From Ruditapes philippinarum (lineage: Eukaryota), in NCBI RefSeq assembly GCF_026571515.1, contig NW_026855312.1, positions 124,001 through 188,000 on the forward strand: a DNA stretch of 64,000 nt, in the 5' to 3' direction. The position numbers and the translations under genes are program-made. This document shows, one piece after another, positions 1-13,700 of the stretch; position 1 is the stretch's first letter, and the number at the start of each line of letters is the position of its first letter. Under the pieces are notes generated by a model. That model did not search any database. It had not been told where the DNA came from and was given only the letters and a program-made list of their open reading frames with translations.

Positions 1-299
1 TTTCTGTGAATACCATCACTCGTCGCAAACAAATTCAATACTGATAGTAAATAGTAGAAAGTTGAAATTCTGTAAAAAATACTTATAGATATAGAAACAC
101 TTATATTTGTAACCATAACTGTTAGAAAGAAAACCAGAAAAAATACTTTTTCGACAGTTTGCTTTAAAAAAAAAGTATACATAAGAAGGAAAAACATGCT
201 ATGAGAAATGTGGCTTCATATTTCATAGACAGTTGTTGTTACAGTAACATTCTCTGTATTTATTATTCTTATTATTCTTTGTCTATTTAATATAACATT

Positions 300-480
300 A
301 ATGTGGAGTCCTAATACACAGTCAAATATCCAAAAGATCGAGATGGAACAGCGCACAGAATGCTCGGTGGCTCACCAGCGATTACTTACCCAGAGCAGTA
401 ATCACAAACATGCTATGTGAGTAACAGTGAAAACAAAAGGATTTATAGCCAAGCTACTAATGTTTCAGAAAAGATCGTTT
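300..480 (+). mobile_element. Degraded CR1/L2-type LINE ORF2 3' fragment
   Basis: Translates WSPNTQSNIQKIEMEQR, followed by frameshifted pieces (RWLTSDY, ITNML, KLLMFQK). These resemble the post-RT region of CR1/L2 LINEs (W.P.....I..LE.VQRRA.R). Confidence 0.55.
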
Positions 481-981
481 ACCTTCGTTGCTGTAGCAAT
501 GCTTAAACATCATCGCCTTTCCCTCAAACAAATCTATAATCAATGTTTCTATTTATCATAAGTCCTCTTTTTGTTTGCAATTCCACCATTATTCTTTGGA
601 ATGTTCTACAGGACCACGCTTCACAAGCCTCTTCATTAAACGAATTTATGTACATATATAAGGTTCATATCTCTAAGACAAATATTCTAACACGTTCCAA
701 TGTTTCACCCTTGAATTTTGTTCAACTGGGACAGAGTGAGAATCCACATTAACACTGCGGATGACCACGTGACCAAAATCGTACAATGGGCTCATAAAAT
801 GGCTGCCTTCCCGCTCGGTTAAAGCAGTGAAATTAAGGTAAGCATACAGTTAACGTTAAATTTATATGTAAAACTAGGCCGCTTGGAATCCCTGTATAAA
901 AACCACGTACTGTTCTGTTATTGGTTACTTTGTAGCTCTCTCTGCTTAGGCCTGAAAGTCGAAAAAGTTGTTTTGGGTGAT

Positions 982-1190
982 GAGTACAATGGCCGAACAG
1001 ATACTAAAATGCGTTGTTATAGGTAAAAGAAACACATTTTGAGCAAAATTAGCAATGACATCTTCTGCACAATCGGAAGTTTGTCCGTCCAGAACAATTT
1101 CCATCCTTTATAAAGTTGCATCGAAGTTGTGCATCTTTTTATAAACGAGTACAATGGCCGAACCAAATTTAATGAGTACAATGGCCGAAC
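982..1190. repeat. Three perfect copies of the 17-mer GAGTACAATGGCCGAAC; probable DNA-transposon subterminal repeats
   Basis: Exact copies at 982-998, 1147-1163 and 1174-1190; partial copy GTACAATGG at 781. Confidence 0.6.
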
Positions 1191-1995
1191 GATTTTATTG
1201 CCTATCCTATTTCGTCATTTTTTTCCATTGAATTATGCTTGTTTCTCGCTTTCTGTCTTTGAAATCATACAAATATGATATTTGAAAGTAAAAAGTAGGA
1301 AAAAGTATTAAATTAAATGAATTCAATTTGCTTGCTATAAATTCTCATCTTAATAGTATTTTGCTTTGATAACTTGGAAATAAAGTCAGGTTTTTTGTTT
1401 TTGTATTTGTTGTTGTTGTTGTTTTTTTTGTATTTCAGACGCAGAAAAAGTGGTTCCTTTAAATGAAAAGCATATGGAATATATACGTAATGTACATATT
1501 AGATTAAGGTAGATTGACATGTTTGGGTAATACACCAATGTTAAGACGAAAGGACGTAAATATAACAGCATAAACAAAAGAAAGAAACAAAGGGTTTTTA
1601 TGATAGTGAATAAAGGATAAATATATGAGTATACTCATTAGATTACAAGAGATAGAATCTATCATACTTGTCAAATATACGAAATTTACCTGGCTGCTAG
1701 ATTCCAGTAACCGAATGTTTATCATTACTGTATTTTCTTTAGAATATTCGCCAACGCTGTTTTACATTGAAGCAATTAATATACCGAAATGATCAAAAAT
1801 AAGGTAATAATCTCAACAAAAAAAAAAAAGAAAAAAAAAGAAAATGAAGAAGAAAACTCAATTAAGTTCATATAATTAAACATGCTGTGTCATACGCTTT
1901 GTTGAACATGATTGATGTTCTTTCTTTAACACGTACATTGGCAGGTTTTTTTTATTGTATACATAACATTGCATTCTTACATTTCCTAGCTTTAC

Positions 1996-2078
1996 AGAAC
2001 GTCGGTGCTTGTTCGTGCGGAGTGGCACCTGAGGTCTTCCTACACCAGTAAAGCTTGAAAGTCACCACATGTCCTCCA
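1996..2078 (+). mobile_element. tRNA-SINE family 1, 3' fragment
   Basis: GGCACCTGAGGTCTTCCTACACCAGTAAAGCT matches the reverse complement of the full copy at 29755-30017. Confidence 0.7.
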
Positions 2079-5000
2079 CAAGAAAAAAATATATATAAAA
2101 ACGTAAGTTTAACTTGGAAGTATCGCTTTCGCGTCGTATATTTCATGTTTACCAAATTAATTTAACGTATTCCAGATTTGTAGTCATAACAAGTTATTTA
2201 ACGCCAAGAATGAAATGGTTATATATTTTCTACGCAGTGTTAATTTACTGTGTTATATTTATATAAGTTAACCCTACTTTACGTAGTATGGGTCGCGTCT
2301 TTTATTGCATTGATTTAAATTCAGAATGCATCTTTTCACTCACTCATGCAAAACATGTTGCATAATATTGTGGAAAACATTGAAATTAAAAACCTTTGAA
2401 TTTATCAAAAGTAATTCAACGGATGTATAAAGTCATTGCACAGATGATTTTATACAAATATACTGCATTCAATGTTTGATGATGTTTCAGCAACGTATTT
2501 AATTTTGCATTTGAAGAGTTTTAGCGTTCCCATTTGTGATATTTTCCTTTAATTTTCAAAGATAACTATCAACAGATATACTGGTAGACTAATATTAATG
2601 TTCATAGTGTAAAGAATTTATAGTATTATAAAGATATCATCAAACGCATCATTGGAATACATTTTATGACTAAATTTCTTTTGCATTTCCACCATACATA
2701 GAGCAACATCATCGGCATCAACAATTTATTTCAGCATTAAGTAATACATGTATATACATTATTTCAAGAATGCAATACAATTTAATTCGTGTTATAAATA
2801 TGGTTCTTTAGTTATGTTATATAAATACAGTAAGGTCCTGCAAAGGTACGTGACAATTAAGAAGAAATACAAAGAGCAAATGAGGTGATCTTTAGTTGGC
2901 GTGTCTGTAAAAGGAAACACATTGTAGTTTAATCTTTTATTAACCTCTAATCATAGTTCAATTCTTAACATCAATACAAAAATTTTTTTTTTATAGAAAT
3001 ACATTGCACACAGCCATTCTAAAATAGAATTATAAGAGACTACTATGTATATATTATTTACGGACTTTTACAACATTTCTATACCAAATCTTTAAAATAA
3101 ATGTTTAATGATTTTGTCAATCCTGCAACAACTTTATTACATTACCGAACATAGCAGAACTTTTTTTTTGATTTGTACATAGTACATCATCATATACATA
3201 CAGTAATGATTTTCAAGTAACATTTTCATTTTATGACATTACCAGGGATAGCTGATACTAGCTACTCTTGTCCAAGACATGAGTTTAGTAGCAAACAGAT
3301 TAGCAAGCAATTTCTAGCACATAATAAAACCTTAAAAATAGATAAGAGCTCAGCATTTATATAAAATTAAAATATAGTTTAAAACTTACAGAGCAAATAA
3401 AAAAAAAACCCGACAATGATAAAATTCACCATATATACATAATTTAAACATTAAGTAATAGCTTAAGACTTATTTTGTTATAGAGAATTTTTTGCATTTT
3501 TTTCTAACCATATCAGGGTTGGAGAACAGAAATTTTAATTTTGAGGCCCAAATGGAAGATTGGGTAACCAAATGTGTAGCCTCAGTAAATAAAGACTTTT
3601 TCATAATCATTTAACATATTGAAATTATAGTTAACATTACAGGCTTTTGTCTCTCCCTAACATACATTTGGCATTTTAGCATAACATGGAGTTCTGATCC
3701 AACACAATCATACAATCACTTACATTGTAGTAAGTAGCGGTTTAACAGAACATGATCAAAGTACTTACATTACATTGTATATTTAATTTAACGAGGAATA
3801 CTCTTTTTTATTTATAAACATTTATACATTTGTATTTATCAGAATACTTCTATATTACTATTATAAATTAAGTTTTTGGACAAAAAAAATTAGAAACTAT
3901 ACTTTGTGTTCATTATTAATGTTGAATGATATGTAATTCGAAATTTCCCCATTGTCATGTATAATACATGATATTGCTTAGGCGGTGCTAGGGGGTGGCA
4001 GGGAAGGTAGCTTGTACTTGCCAGTCTTCAACGAACAGCTCAATTAAACTGATCCTGCAACGCATTTTTGTCATTTTGTATACGTTCTACTTTGTACGTT
4101 TTTTTACTGAACTTATGATGGATTCAAAGTGCCTGCATACTTGTTACTAATACAAGTCGTAGATGAACATATTAAACGTTTTTAATATTAATTACTTTTG
4201 GAAATGAAATTAATGCTTGTTTCAAGATATAAAACAAAGATTATTGTGAGGAGAAAAAAACAACAAATAAAAATGAGCCACATTGTAGAATTATGTAGGG
4301 CTCCGTAGGTTTTTCTTTATCTTATTCGCATATGCAGTACTACATAGAATAAACTGTAAAGTTCCCATTAAAGTTCGCGAGTTAATGGTTTTAACTTAAA
4401 CAAACTTAAGAAGTAATGTTTCAATAGCTTTAGTAAAGTAAACGAAATAAACCTACAATAACTAAGACAAATTATGAATGCATTGACCTCGTCAAGCATT
4501 ATAAAAGGTGCATATGAATAATTTACATATAAAGTATTTGCCCTCGAGATATGATAAAATGCTATATCTTTTAATTTATGGGGAAAAACATTAAGCAAAA
4601 TTATGCTGTAACATACATTGTGTAAGTTAGAATAGTATTATAACAGAAGAAGGTACGTACCGTTAATGGAAATCGTATTATATATGCTATATAAACATCA
4701 ACATATTGTATCTATTTTAATAAAGAATAAAATTGGTACATTAAGCATAACTTTCCCTTGTCCAAAATTAAGACTGATTAACGTGTTTTTTTACACGTAC
4801 GTCAATTACTTATATCATAATTATGAATAATCTTTCATCTTCCTTCTTTGAACAATAATTGAATATTTGTAATTGTTTTGCTGTGTCATAACTTATTTTA
4901 ACGTTTCATACCAATTTCCTATATTTTTTCCTATATTTCCTGTTACCAAATATGTAATCTTTGTTGTTAAAACTTCGTTTAAAATTTACCAATTAAAAGT

Positions 5001-6211
5001 GTTAAGCATAATCATACCTGAAATCATAACATTTACATTTGTTTGGTATAGTCCTACCAATTTGCTGTCGAAAAGGAGAAACAAATGTATTTTTATATAG
5101 CCATAAACCAGTACTAAATTTTACTTTTCCACCTTGCGAACGTGATGTTTACTATTATAATACATGTTTTATGAAATCGTCTCTTCGGTGTAAAAATGTC
5201 GTACAAAATCATACAAAACGTCGTATTTAAAAATGAAATACTTAATATGTTGTTAAAGTATCTCAAGCATAACATGAGCTAACAAATTTGAATAGATTTG
5301 TATCAATTCGTTTGCGATTACATTTGTGACTTGTTTTTCAATACATTACATACTTGTGATGTGAAGTTTTGGTATACAAAATGTATTTCAGTTTTTAAAA
5401 ATCTGGAAAATTCGAAAATTGCGGAATAAAATGAACATGTAATGTCTATAAGGAGTAACTGCAAGCTAATTATCAACTTTTTTGTATATCTTTACTTGTA
5501 TGAACAAAATTTGAGGTAAGACTTATGCAGACAGGTGTACACATCGTTAGAAGGTTCATTTTTATGGGTTTTAAGTCGACATAGGGTAAATTTAAAGCAA
5601 CCGTGGGTAATTGTTTAGTTGACCTATTTCACGGAGAAGCTAAATGTTCTACTAAGTCTCCTTAAGTAGAATTCGAAAGCAACAATTTTCAACATTACCT
5701 TCAACAGTTATATCTTATTACAAATCATATGGATAATATCAGTACTATATGTTTGTAGGAAACTTTTGAAATATATATATAACCATTTGAAGAGGAGCAG
5801 TTTTTGTTTGTTTTGTTTGGTTCGGTCAAATGATACTCTAACAATAATGTTATCTTTTTTACAATATCTCTATCTTAAAGTAGTTCTTAACACGCCTTGC
5901 TTTTGGAATGAACATTCTGTCTTTCATTTTTACATAATAATAGAAGTACTAATTATAATTATTTAATTGACCTACACACATTATATTATCTATAGAATAA
6001 GCGCATGCGGACACATCTTCATGTTTTATCTAAACCAATTGATAGTACTTGTCTTATTATAACAATTTAAAATGATATAGCTGAAAACACAAAGTTTTCA
6101 AGTTTTTTTTTCTACCTGCACACCCATAAACGCAAATGTACTTTAAATAACGAAAACAAACCAAATAAATATACAGATTGGGGTTTTTATTGCATATGCT
6201 TTATATCAAAT

Positions 6212-6374
6212 GAGCCATGTCACGACAAAACCAACATAGTGCTTATGCGACCAGCATGGATCCAGACCAGCCTGTGCATCCGCGCAGTCTATTTGTAATA
6301 GGGTTGGTAAGCGAACAGCATGTGATCCGTGCTGGTCGCAAACCCACTATGTTGGTTTTGTCGTGACGCGGCTC
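6212..6374. mobile_element. MITE, Sola2-like (GAG..CTC termini, 4-bp TSD AAAT)
   Basis: Long TIRs (GAGCC..CACGACAAAACCAACATAGTG / CACTATGTTGGTTTTGTCGTGACGCGGCTC). AAAT sits on both sides (6208-6211, 6375-6378). Confidence 0.8.
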
Positions 6375-6975
6375 AAATGTTTCGACCGAAGATTATATCT
6401 TTTAAATCGCAATTATTTCTTTCAAACTTGTACAATATCACAAAAAGTATAATTATAGTTATCAACAAGCCTATAAAAAAGGTGTACACACATTTGTACT
6501 CTCATTACTTTAATTTGTCAGTGAAAGTTTATTTTATGTTTGAAATAGACTACTTTTTCTACGGTTGATATTCAAATAAAAATATATCCTGTTTCCGTGT
6601 ATACATGTACATATGAGTAATTAAATAGATTTCGGTACATTTTTGTTTAAGTTTTGGAAATTTAAAGATTTTTAATACGTTATTAAACACAATATTATAA
6701 AAATTAATTATTTTACCATGAGACTTTGATTTAACTGAAAGATGTCAATTAAAAAACTCTCTTGCTTATTTTTTTATAAGCAAAAATAGCTTAACGAGCT
6801 CAGATTTTACTTAAGGGTCATTTGCTCTTGTTTGAGCACATGTATATTTTTAGGTTACATGTTTACATGTGACAACTTGTTATTGTTTCTTGTAAATATA
6901 AGATATTGTAATTTCAGTTTTCATTGAAAAAAACAACAATGTAAGGCAATTAATTTTGTAAATTTACCTTTATAT

Positions 6976-7189
6976 GAACCGCGTCACGACAAAACCAACA
7001 TAGTGGGTCTGCGACCAGCATGGATACAGACCAGCCTTCGCATCCGCGCAGTTTGATCAGGATCAATGATGTTCGCTTACCAACTCTATTACAAGTGAAG
7101 AAACTGACAGCGAACAGGATGGATCCTGATCAGACTGCGCGGTTGGATCCATGCTGGTCGCAAACGCACTATGTTGGTTTTGTCGGCTC
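6976..7189. mobile_element. MITE, same family, TSD ATAT
   Basis: Same TIR and GCGACCAGCATGGAT core. ATAT at 6972-6975 and 7190-7193. About 560 bp upstream of the gene A ATG. Confidence 0.8.
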
Positions 7190-7747
7190 ATATCATAGAA
7201 TGATTAGTTATAGTGCAAAATGGTTAATACCCGTTTTTTTCAATGTTAATTTTAGCTTTTATTTTCATTACTTTCGATATTTCTCATTTTAAAGGACTTA
7301 TAACAGAGTATTAGGTTTTATAAATGCATGTACGGTACGGTTTTAGGTGTAAAACGCAAAGAAAAGAAGTTTTTAAAAAGTATTTTTGACACGCATATGA
7401 TTTGAATGAAATCGTGTTTATTAATAGATTTCGCATTAGCTACAATGAACTATTGAATCTGGGATGTATAACATCAAGGTCTGCTGACTTCAACCTTACA
7501 CATTAGGCACAAACTTTGTTATACTTACAGTTTATTTTAAATGATTGCAGATTCGCCTTTTGAAAGGATATTGTAAACATCTGAACTTTTATATCAGTCA
7601 AACTTTGCTGGTCGTGAAAATTGATATCCGTTTTACTTGTGGTTTAATTGATGAAAAAAAAACAAAAACAACACGTACACAAACTTAAATTTTGCATGGA
7701 ATAAACACTGGATTATAAGATTGGTCTAGATTTCTGCGAGGATTAAG

Positions 7748-10700
7748 ATGGGTTTACTTAATCATATTTGGACATTAAAGCCAATATTGGTGACAATTAT
7801 AGCGTTTATTGCGCCAATAGTTCTTCTTGTGGATTACTCTGAAGATTTTGAAGTGGTAAGTAGGCAATATTTTATTTTAATATCTGCATGATCTCTTGTT
7901 CTGAATGTTGGTTGATTTATAGATTATCAAAATGATGATTCTTTCTCAGCCAATGTTTACATGCAAATTATGATTAATAGAAAGTTTCCTGACCCATGAA
8001 TGGATATAACATTCGATCTATAATATTATTGGATTATAAGATACAATTTAAAAGTGAATAGATGAATATAAAATGTTAGAATAAAACGTAGAAAAAATAG
8101 ATCTATTAGGATATTTCTCTTCAATTGTGAAAGAAGTTTTAATGTCAGAAACTATGAAATTCTTTGCTTGCTCGTTTTAATATAAAGGCATAAATCAAAT
8201 TTACGTCCTTGTTCTTTTTTTTCTATCCTTCATAATATTATCTTGCAGTAAATATCTTTAATCTATAAAACTTTAGTTGGAAGTATTTAATAAATTCATG
8301 CTCGTATGCGTTGGTATGCTCGTAAACACGATTGTTAGCAAATAAAAAATACATTGGCGACATCACGCTCTTTCTATAAGTTTATATGTTTTGCTGTAAT
8401 GTAATGTAGGACCTGTATATATAGACGTATTCATGAACACGTTATATAACGCTACAGAATATATCATAAGGTGTTTGAGGAGCGACAGAGACATGACATG
8501 ACATTAGATTTTTCAACTCTAATCATGCATAAGTCGTGGCCTAAACCATCTTATTTTTATCAAGCACAATTTATGCAAAAACGAACAAACAAACAATCAA
8601 ACAAACATCGACAAATCTTTAAAAGTAACAGACGAAAAAGGTAATCACCAAATTTTGATATTCTAACTTATTATTCAGTTTTGACCTTTCTTGTCAATAA
8701 GAATTTTGTACCTGCGGCAAGAACAAATTTACAGTTAATACCTGGGATGACTATCTTCATTAGCATTATTTTTGTGTGACCATTCAAACAGTTTCACTTT
8801 TCACTTTAAACGTATAACACGGTCAATAAAAGACGTAAGTGAATGTTTTTAAGCACCGAAATGAATCTTAGCTCAATATCTGACGCTTTGATTATTTCTC
8901 AAATTATGTATAAAATATATATAAAGATTTATACGCCAAAACATTATGCCAGTTTACAGGGTCATCGTCACGGATGTGACGTAATGACGTCATGTTGTGT
9001 TGCAACGTCATTTTATAATATTGAAGTTACATTTCAGATATTTTGGTTATTACTAGTATAACAAAAAATAAATGGCAATTGCGATCACTAAGACATGCGT
9101 GTATTGAAGAAATAATGATGCAAATGTGATTTGATGAAGAACAATAAAACAGATTATAGAAAAAATACGTAAGACCCTCGCGATTTTTACGAGAATTGTA
9201 TCAATTAAACAAATCTATTTTGACCTTTCGTGACCTTCAAAACATCTACTTTCATATAAATATATAAATACACATTAATATACAAATACAATAAAACAGT
9301 CGCGTCACGTATCACTGATCAAAAACTTATCTTGCAAAATATGCTTGTTCTTTAATGTTGATGAAGACAAATTGTCGAACATTTCATTTCACGGAGTAAA
9401 TGTTCTTTCAATTTCATCGGCAATATATGTCTTTATAAATAAACGACATAATTGGTTTGTTCGTTAATTAAAAAGAATTTTGTCTGTATTACGAGTCTTC
9501 ACTTTAAAGTATCAAGGTTTTGCATGCATTTATACATGTTTTTCGCTTGCAAACCTATAATCGTTAGAATTGAAGAATAAAGTAATACTGTTTACAAGAC
9601 ATTAAGTTAAATGTATACTTAATATCAGTTGTTATTTAAATCTCACACATATTTTGAACTTGAAAAGTACTTTGCATGTTTGTTCGTGCAGATCTGCTTT
9701 TATTATGTCACTTGAGAGGCTTGTTATTCTTCTTGTTGATTTGGTATCACGTGACAAGTAGTTTTTTGATAAAATTTGTTATAAAGTAGTTGCCATGTCA
9801 ACAAAAAGGAAGAAATAATAAACCTGCACTGTTATATGTAATTACCAATGACAGGCAGTGACTGGCAAATCTTCTGACGGCACATGTATGTTTATATTGT
9901 ATTGTAACAATAAATTATTGTTAAAGTTGTTACGACAACCTGGCCTATTAAAATAATTAGTAGTTTCAAAAAGAAAGAGAGCAAATAATGACACAGTTTT
10001 CAAGTTTTTCTGCATACACCATGTAGACGGAAGTTGAGATAGCGTTCATATTTATATATTTAATTGTATTTGAATTTAATTGATGAATTCAAGCGTTCCT
10101 GTAGCAGAGAAGAGTAAAAAGCAGAAAAAATAACTTCTATGTGCACATTCACATGACAGAGTGTTTAACATGTACAAGAATTAATGTTCTAATTGAACAA
10201 TTAATTTAGCAATTCCACTGACTCGCCGATAATGACGCCAACACGTGATAATACAGTGATAATTATTATTTACTATCAACTATAATGATTCAGGTAGCAT
10301 GCATTTATTTGATGCCAACAGATCGTTAAGGATAACATTTTCAATTCACTGAAATCTACAGTTTTTTTATTCAAGAAAACCTGAAGACATTAATGAATTT
10401 GATATGATTTATATTGTATTAAAATTTATATTGAATCTTGTTGATTTAAGATATATAAGATTGCTATACAGTCTCTTTTTAAATGTAAAATTTCTTTTGA
10501 GTACACACAGAAAAGCTTTGTTACATTTTAAAATGATCATACTATAGGTAAACATAGTATGACCAGCTGGCATTTTTTAGAAAGGATCAAATCAATTTGA
10601 CCAGTAAAAGGAAATGCAGCTTCGCGGACATTGTGCATTTTCTTATTCAAATTAGACATATTCAATACATATTCAATAAATATTCCATAAGAATTGCATT

Positions 10701-13700
10701 AATTTCAATAAATTTCTGGAATAAAATCATTTTATCAAAAGATGAGCACAATGTATGTTTAAACTTTACTACTGTTGATTTTTCATGCCATACGCATGTC
10801 GTGTCAATTAATTATTGTAACTAAAAGCATTTTATATCTAATTAAAATAAAGTAAAGACAATACTTCCTTAATTTAATCCCGACAAATTTTACCTATGTT
10901 GTCTTACGAAATGGTCAACCACGAGGAGTTCATGCAAGATATAAAACTAAAGGCGAAAACGTTTGTGAAATTTAAGTTCAGTTTTAATTCATTTTTGTAG
11001 ACCTATAGTGATACATTTTCGTTAACATTCGTGTAGCCTACTCTATTTCCTAAACAGCGTGACTTAGAAATGTCAATTTCAAATTAATTTGTTCATATCT
11101 TAAAAGTTTAGATCTTTTAGATTATGATTTACTTTAATATAATTAACAGTTAACAAGAATGATTGAAAGGAGCGATTAATTTAAAATCTTCAATGATATA
11201 GATCTATCGTCTTTACTTTAAGTACATATACCATATCAAATAACATTCTGATAAAGCTGAAAAAGAATTATAATATTACATAAAACATTGTCCTTATTTG
11301 TATCATTTGTATCAATGTTGGAGCAAATTGTCCAACATGAAATTAATAAAAAAAATCTTGCTAATTTTAATTCCAGCAATCAAAATGTGCCTACGTAATT
11401 GTCGTCATGGCGATACTGTGGCTCACCGAGGCAATTCCTATACCAGTAACATCTTTGATGCCGATCTTTCTGTTTCCGTTGCTTGGGGTTGCAAAGGCCA
11501 AGGACATAAGCTCGGCATACGTCACGGTATATCTTTAATACATTAATTTTGTCATCAAATATTTAAAATAAGATCATAGGTACCATTAAAAAGTATAAAG
11601 CTATATATGTCCTGTCTGTTGAATGAAAAAAGAAACTGAGCTTGATAAATCACGGCAAAAAGTTAATTTTGAAAGAGGTTAGGTATTTTTAGTGGTAATT
11701 CACTAGCATATAATCTTTTGTAAGGTTAGTAATACTTCAACAATAAGAACTAAGATATTTTTAGAAATAATTCCCAAACAAAAAATCTTTTGTTTGAACT
11801 AAGCTACTTTGAGTAATGATTCACGACCTTTTAACTTTTTGCAAGATGAATGCTATATTTAGGGAAAAAAAACATTATTAGCTAAATTTTAAGTGTCAAC
11901 AAAACGTTAAAGTTAATATGGCGACCTTCTTGTTTTACTGGTGCAGGAAAACCTCAGACACCCCTCTGTGCATTACTTCAGCCACATACGGGCGCCTGGA
12001 TAGGCCCGCAGACATTCCGTAAGCTTGCTGGAAACTTTCATCACATTAAAGAATCAAAAAGTTTCTGACGGGATTCGAACCAAGGCCGATGAGGGGCAAG
12101 TCAAATCAGCGACCTTAACCACTCGGTTTCGGAGGCCAATAGTTTTAGAAAAATAAAAAAGATTATGTAAACCTTAAACTGTAACTTATATTCTATATCA
12201 CTCACTATAAGCTCAATTCCAATTCAGGATACAACTATGTTGTTTTTTGGCGGCCTGATCATTGCAGTGGCTCTAGAAGAGACGGGATTACACACTCGCA
12301 TATCTTTGTGTGTGATGATGCTCGTCGGAGCGCAACCTATATTGTAAGTTTTCTATTTAGATGTAATAATTTGATTTTTGCCATTCAAAAATTAACATAT
12401 TGTTTCGCATCTTTGTTTCATGGAACTGTCTCTAAGCATTAAAAATATTTAATAGAACGATAACATAAGTTTAATTAGCGCGAAATTCTAGGAAAAAAGA
12501 ATATAGTAGAAAATCAGTTGTTCAATTGCATGTTAGCTCAATAGGTAGAGTGTTAGACTGTGGTTCGGGCGACCCGGGTTCGATTCCCGGACGGTGCAGG
12601 TCACTTTCATTGTGATTAATCATGAAATCGTTTCTACGGTCATTCGCATTGTACTTGCTCTTGCATGTACAGAAGTTTTAGTTCCTTGCGAAAGTGAAGG
12701 CAACTAGTACTGCTTGACAGCCTGCCCAGGAACGATGCGGGTGGTTGAACTGTGCTCTGGGGAATTCAATGTGGCTAATTGTCGTGATCCGAAGTGAAAA
12801 CTACCAACTCCACATCCACATCAATTGCATTATATTGTAAAAGATGATTACTTCTTAGCTTATAAATGTTTATTTTTCAATTAAAATAATACACATTAGA
12901 TTATTCAGGCGTCTTCAATTTGTATTACATGTTCTTGTAAAAGATGAATCATTTTACGTTGAACAAAAACTGGCTCAATGAAAATAATAGGTTTACAAAC
13001 GAAGAAATTAGCATATCTCATGCATGAACACATGTTAATCATGGTAATTAATTGTCTATGAATCACAAGCAATCTAGCTTTATATCACGTTTATCTGTCA
13101 ACATGCTCGTATTCTTGTATCGCTTAATGTAATACATTTAATTAGATACAAATCAAAATCACACACACACAAAAAAAAAGATCAGAATTATTTAAAGTAT
13201 TCGTTTCGCTTATTTGAAATTCATTTTTGTTGTGTTCTAGTAAATACAAAATAGCACTTCTACTCTGTTAGTTTATTTGCCTGGTCTGTCTGTACACAAT
13301 TTTCTGTTCGTTTAGGTGTCCATCTTTTTTGATGAATTGCTATTTTACTATTGTCGGTTATTGTCTAATGCGTTCAATGTCTTCTTCTGTTGTCTTTATT
13401 GTATAGATGGTATAGGTTTATGTTTGGGTAAGTAACCACAGTTGATAAGAATACACTGAGCCATCCACTGAACACATTGCATTTGTCTATAACATACTTT
13501 TCTGATGTTTTCTGAACCTAGGCATAATGAAACATATTTTTTTATTCAGTCTGATGGCGGGTTTGATGGTGACCACGTGGTTCCTGTCAATGTGGATCAG
13601 TAATACAGCAGCGACCTCTATGATGATTCCTATAATTACGGCTGTGATAAAAACCGTAAGCGAAGTACGGACAAAAACGTTATGTACGTATGACATACGT

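Noticed and set aside
12530-12600. tRNA gene
   Set aside because: A and B boxes are present but the acceptor stem does not close, and it runs into a SINE body.
13656-13661. GTAAGC as the gene A exon 4 donor
   Set aside because: Gives phase 0, incompatible with exon 5. The donor at 13684 matches paralog B's exon length (134 nt) and phase.
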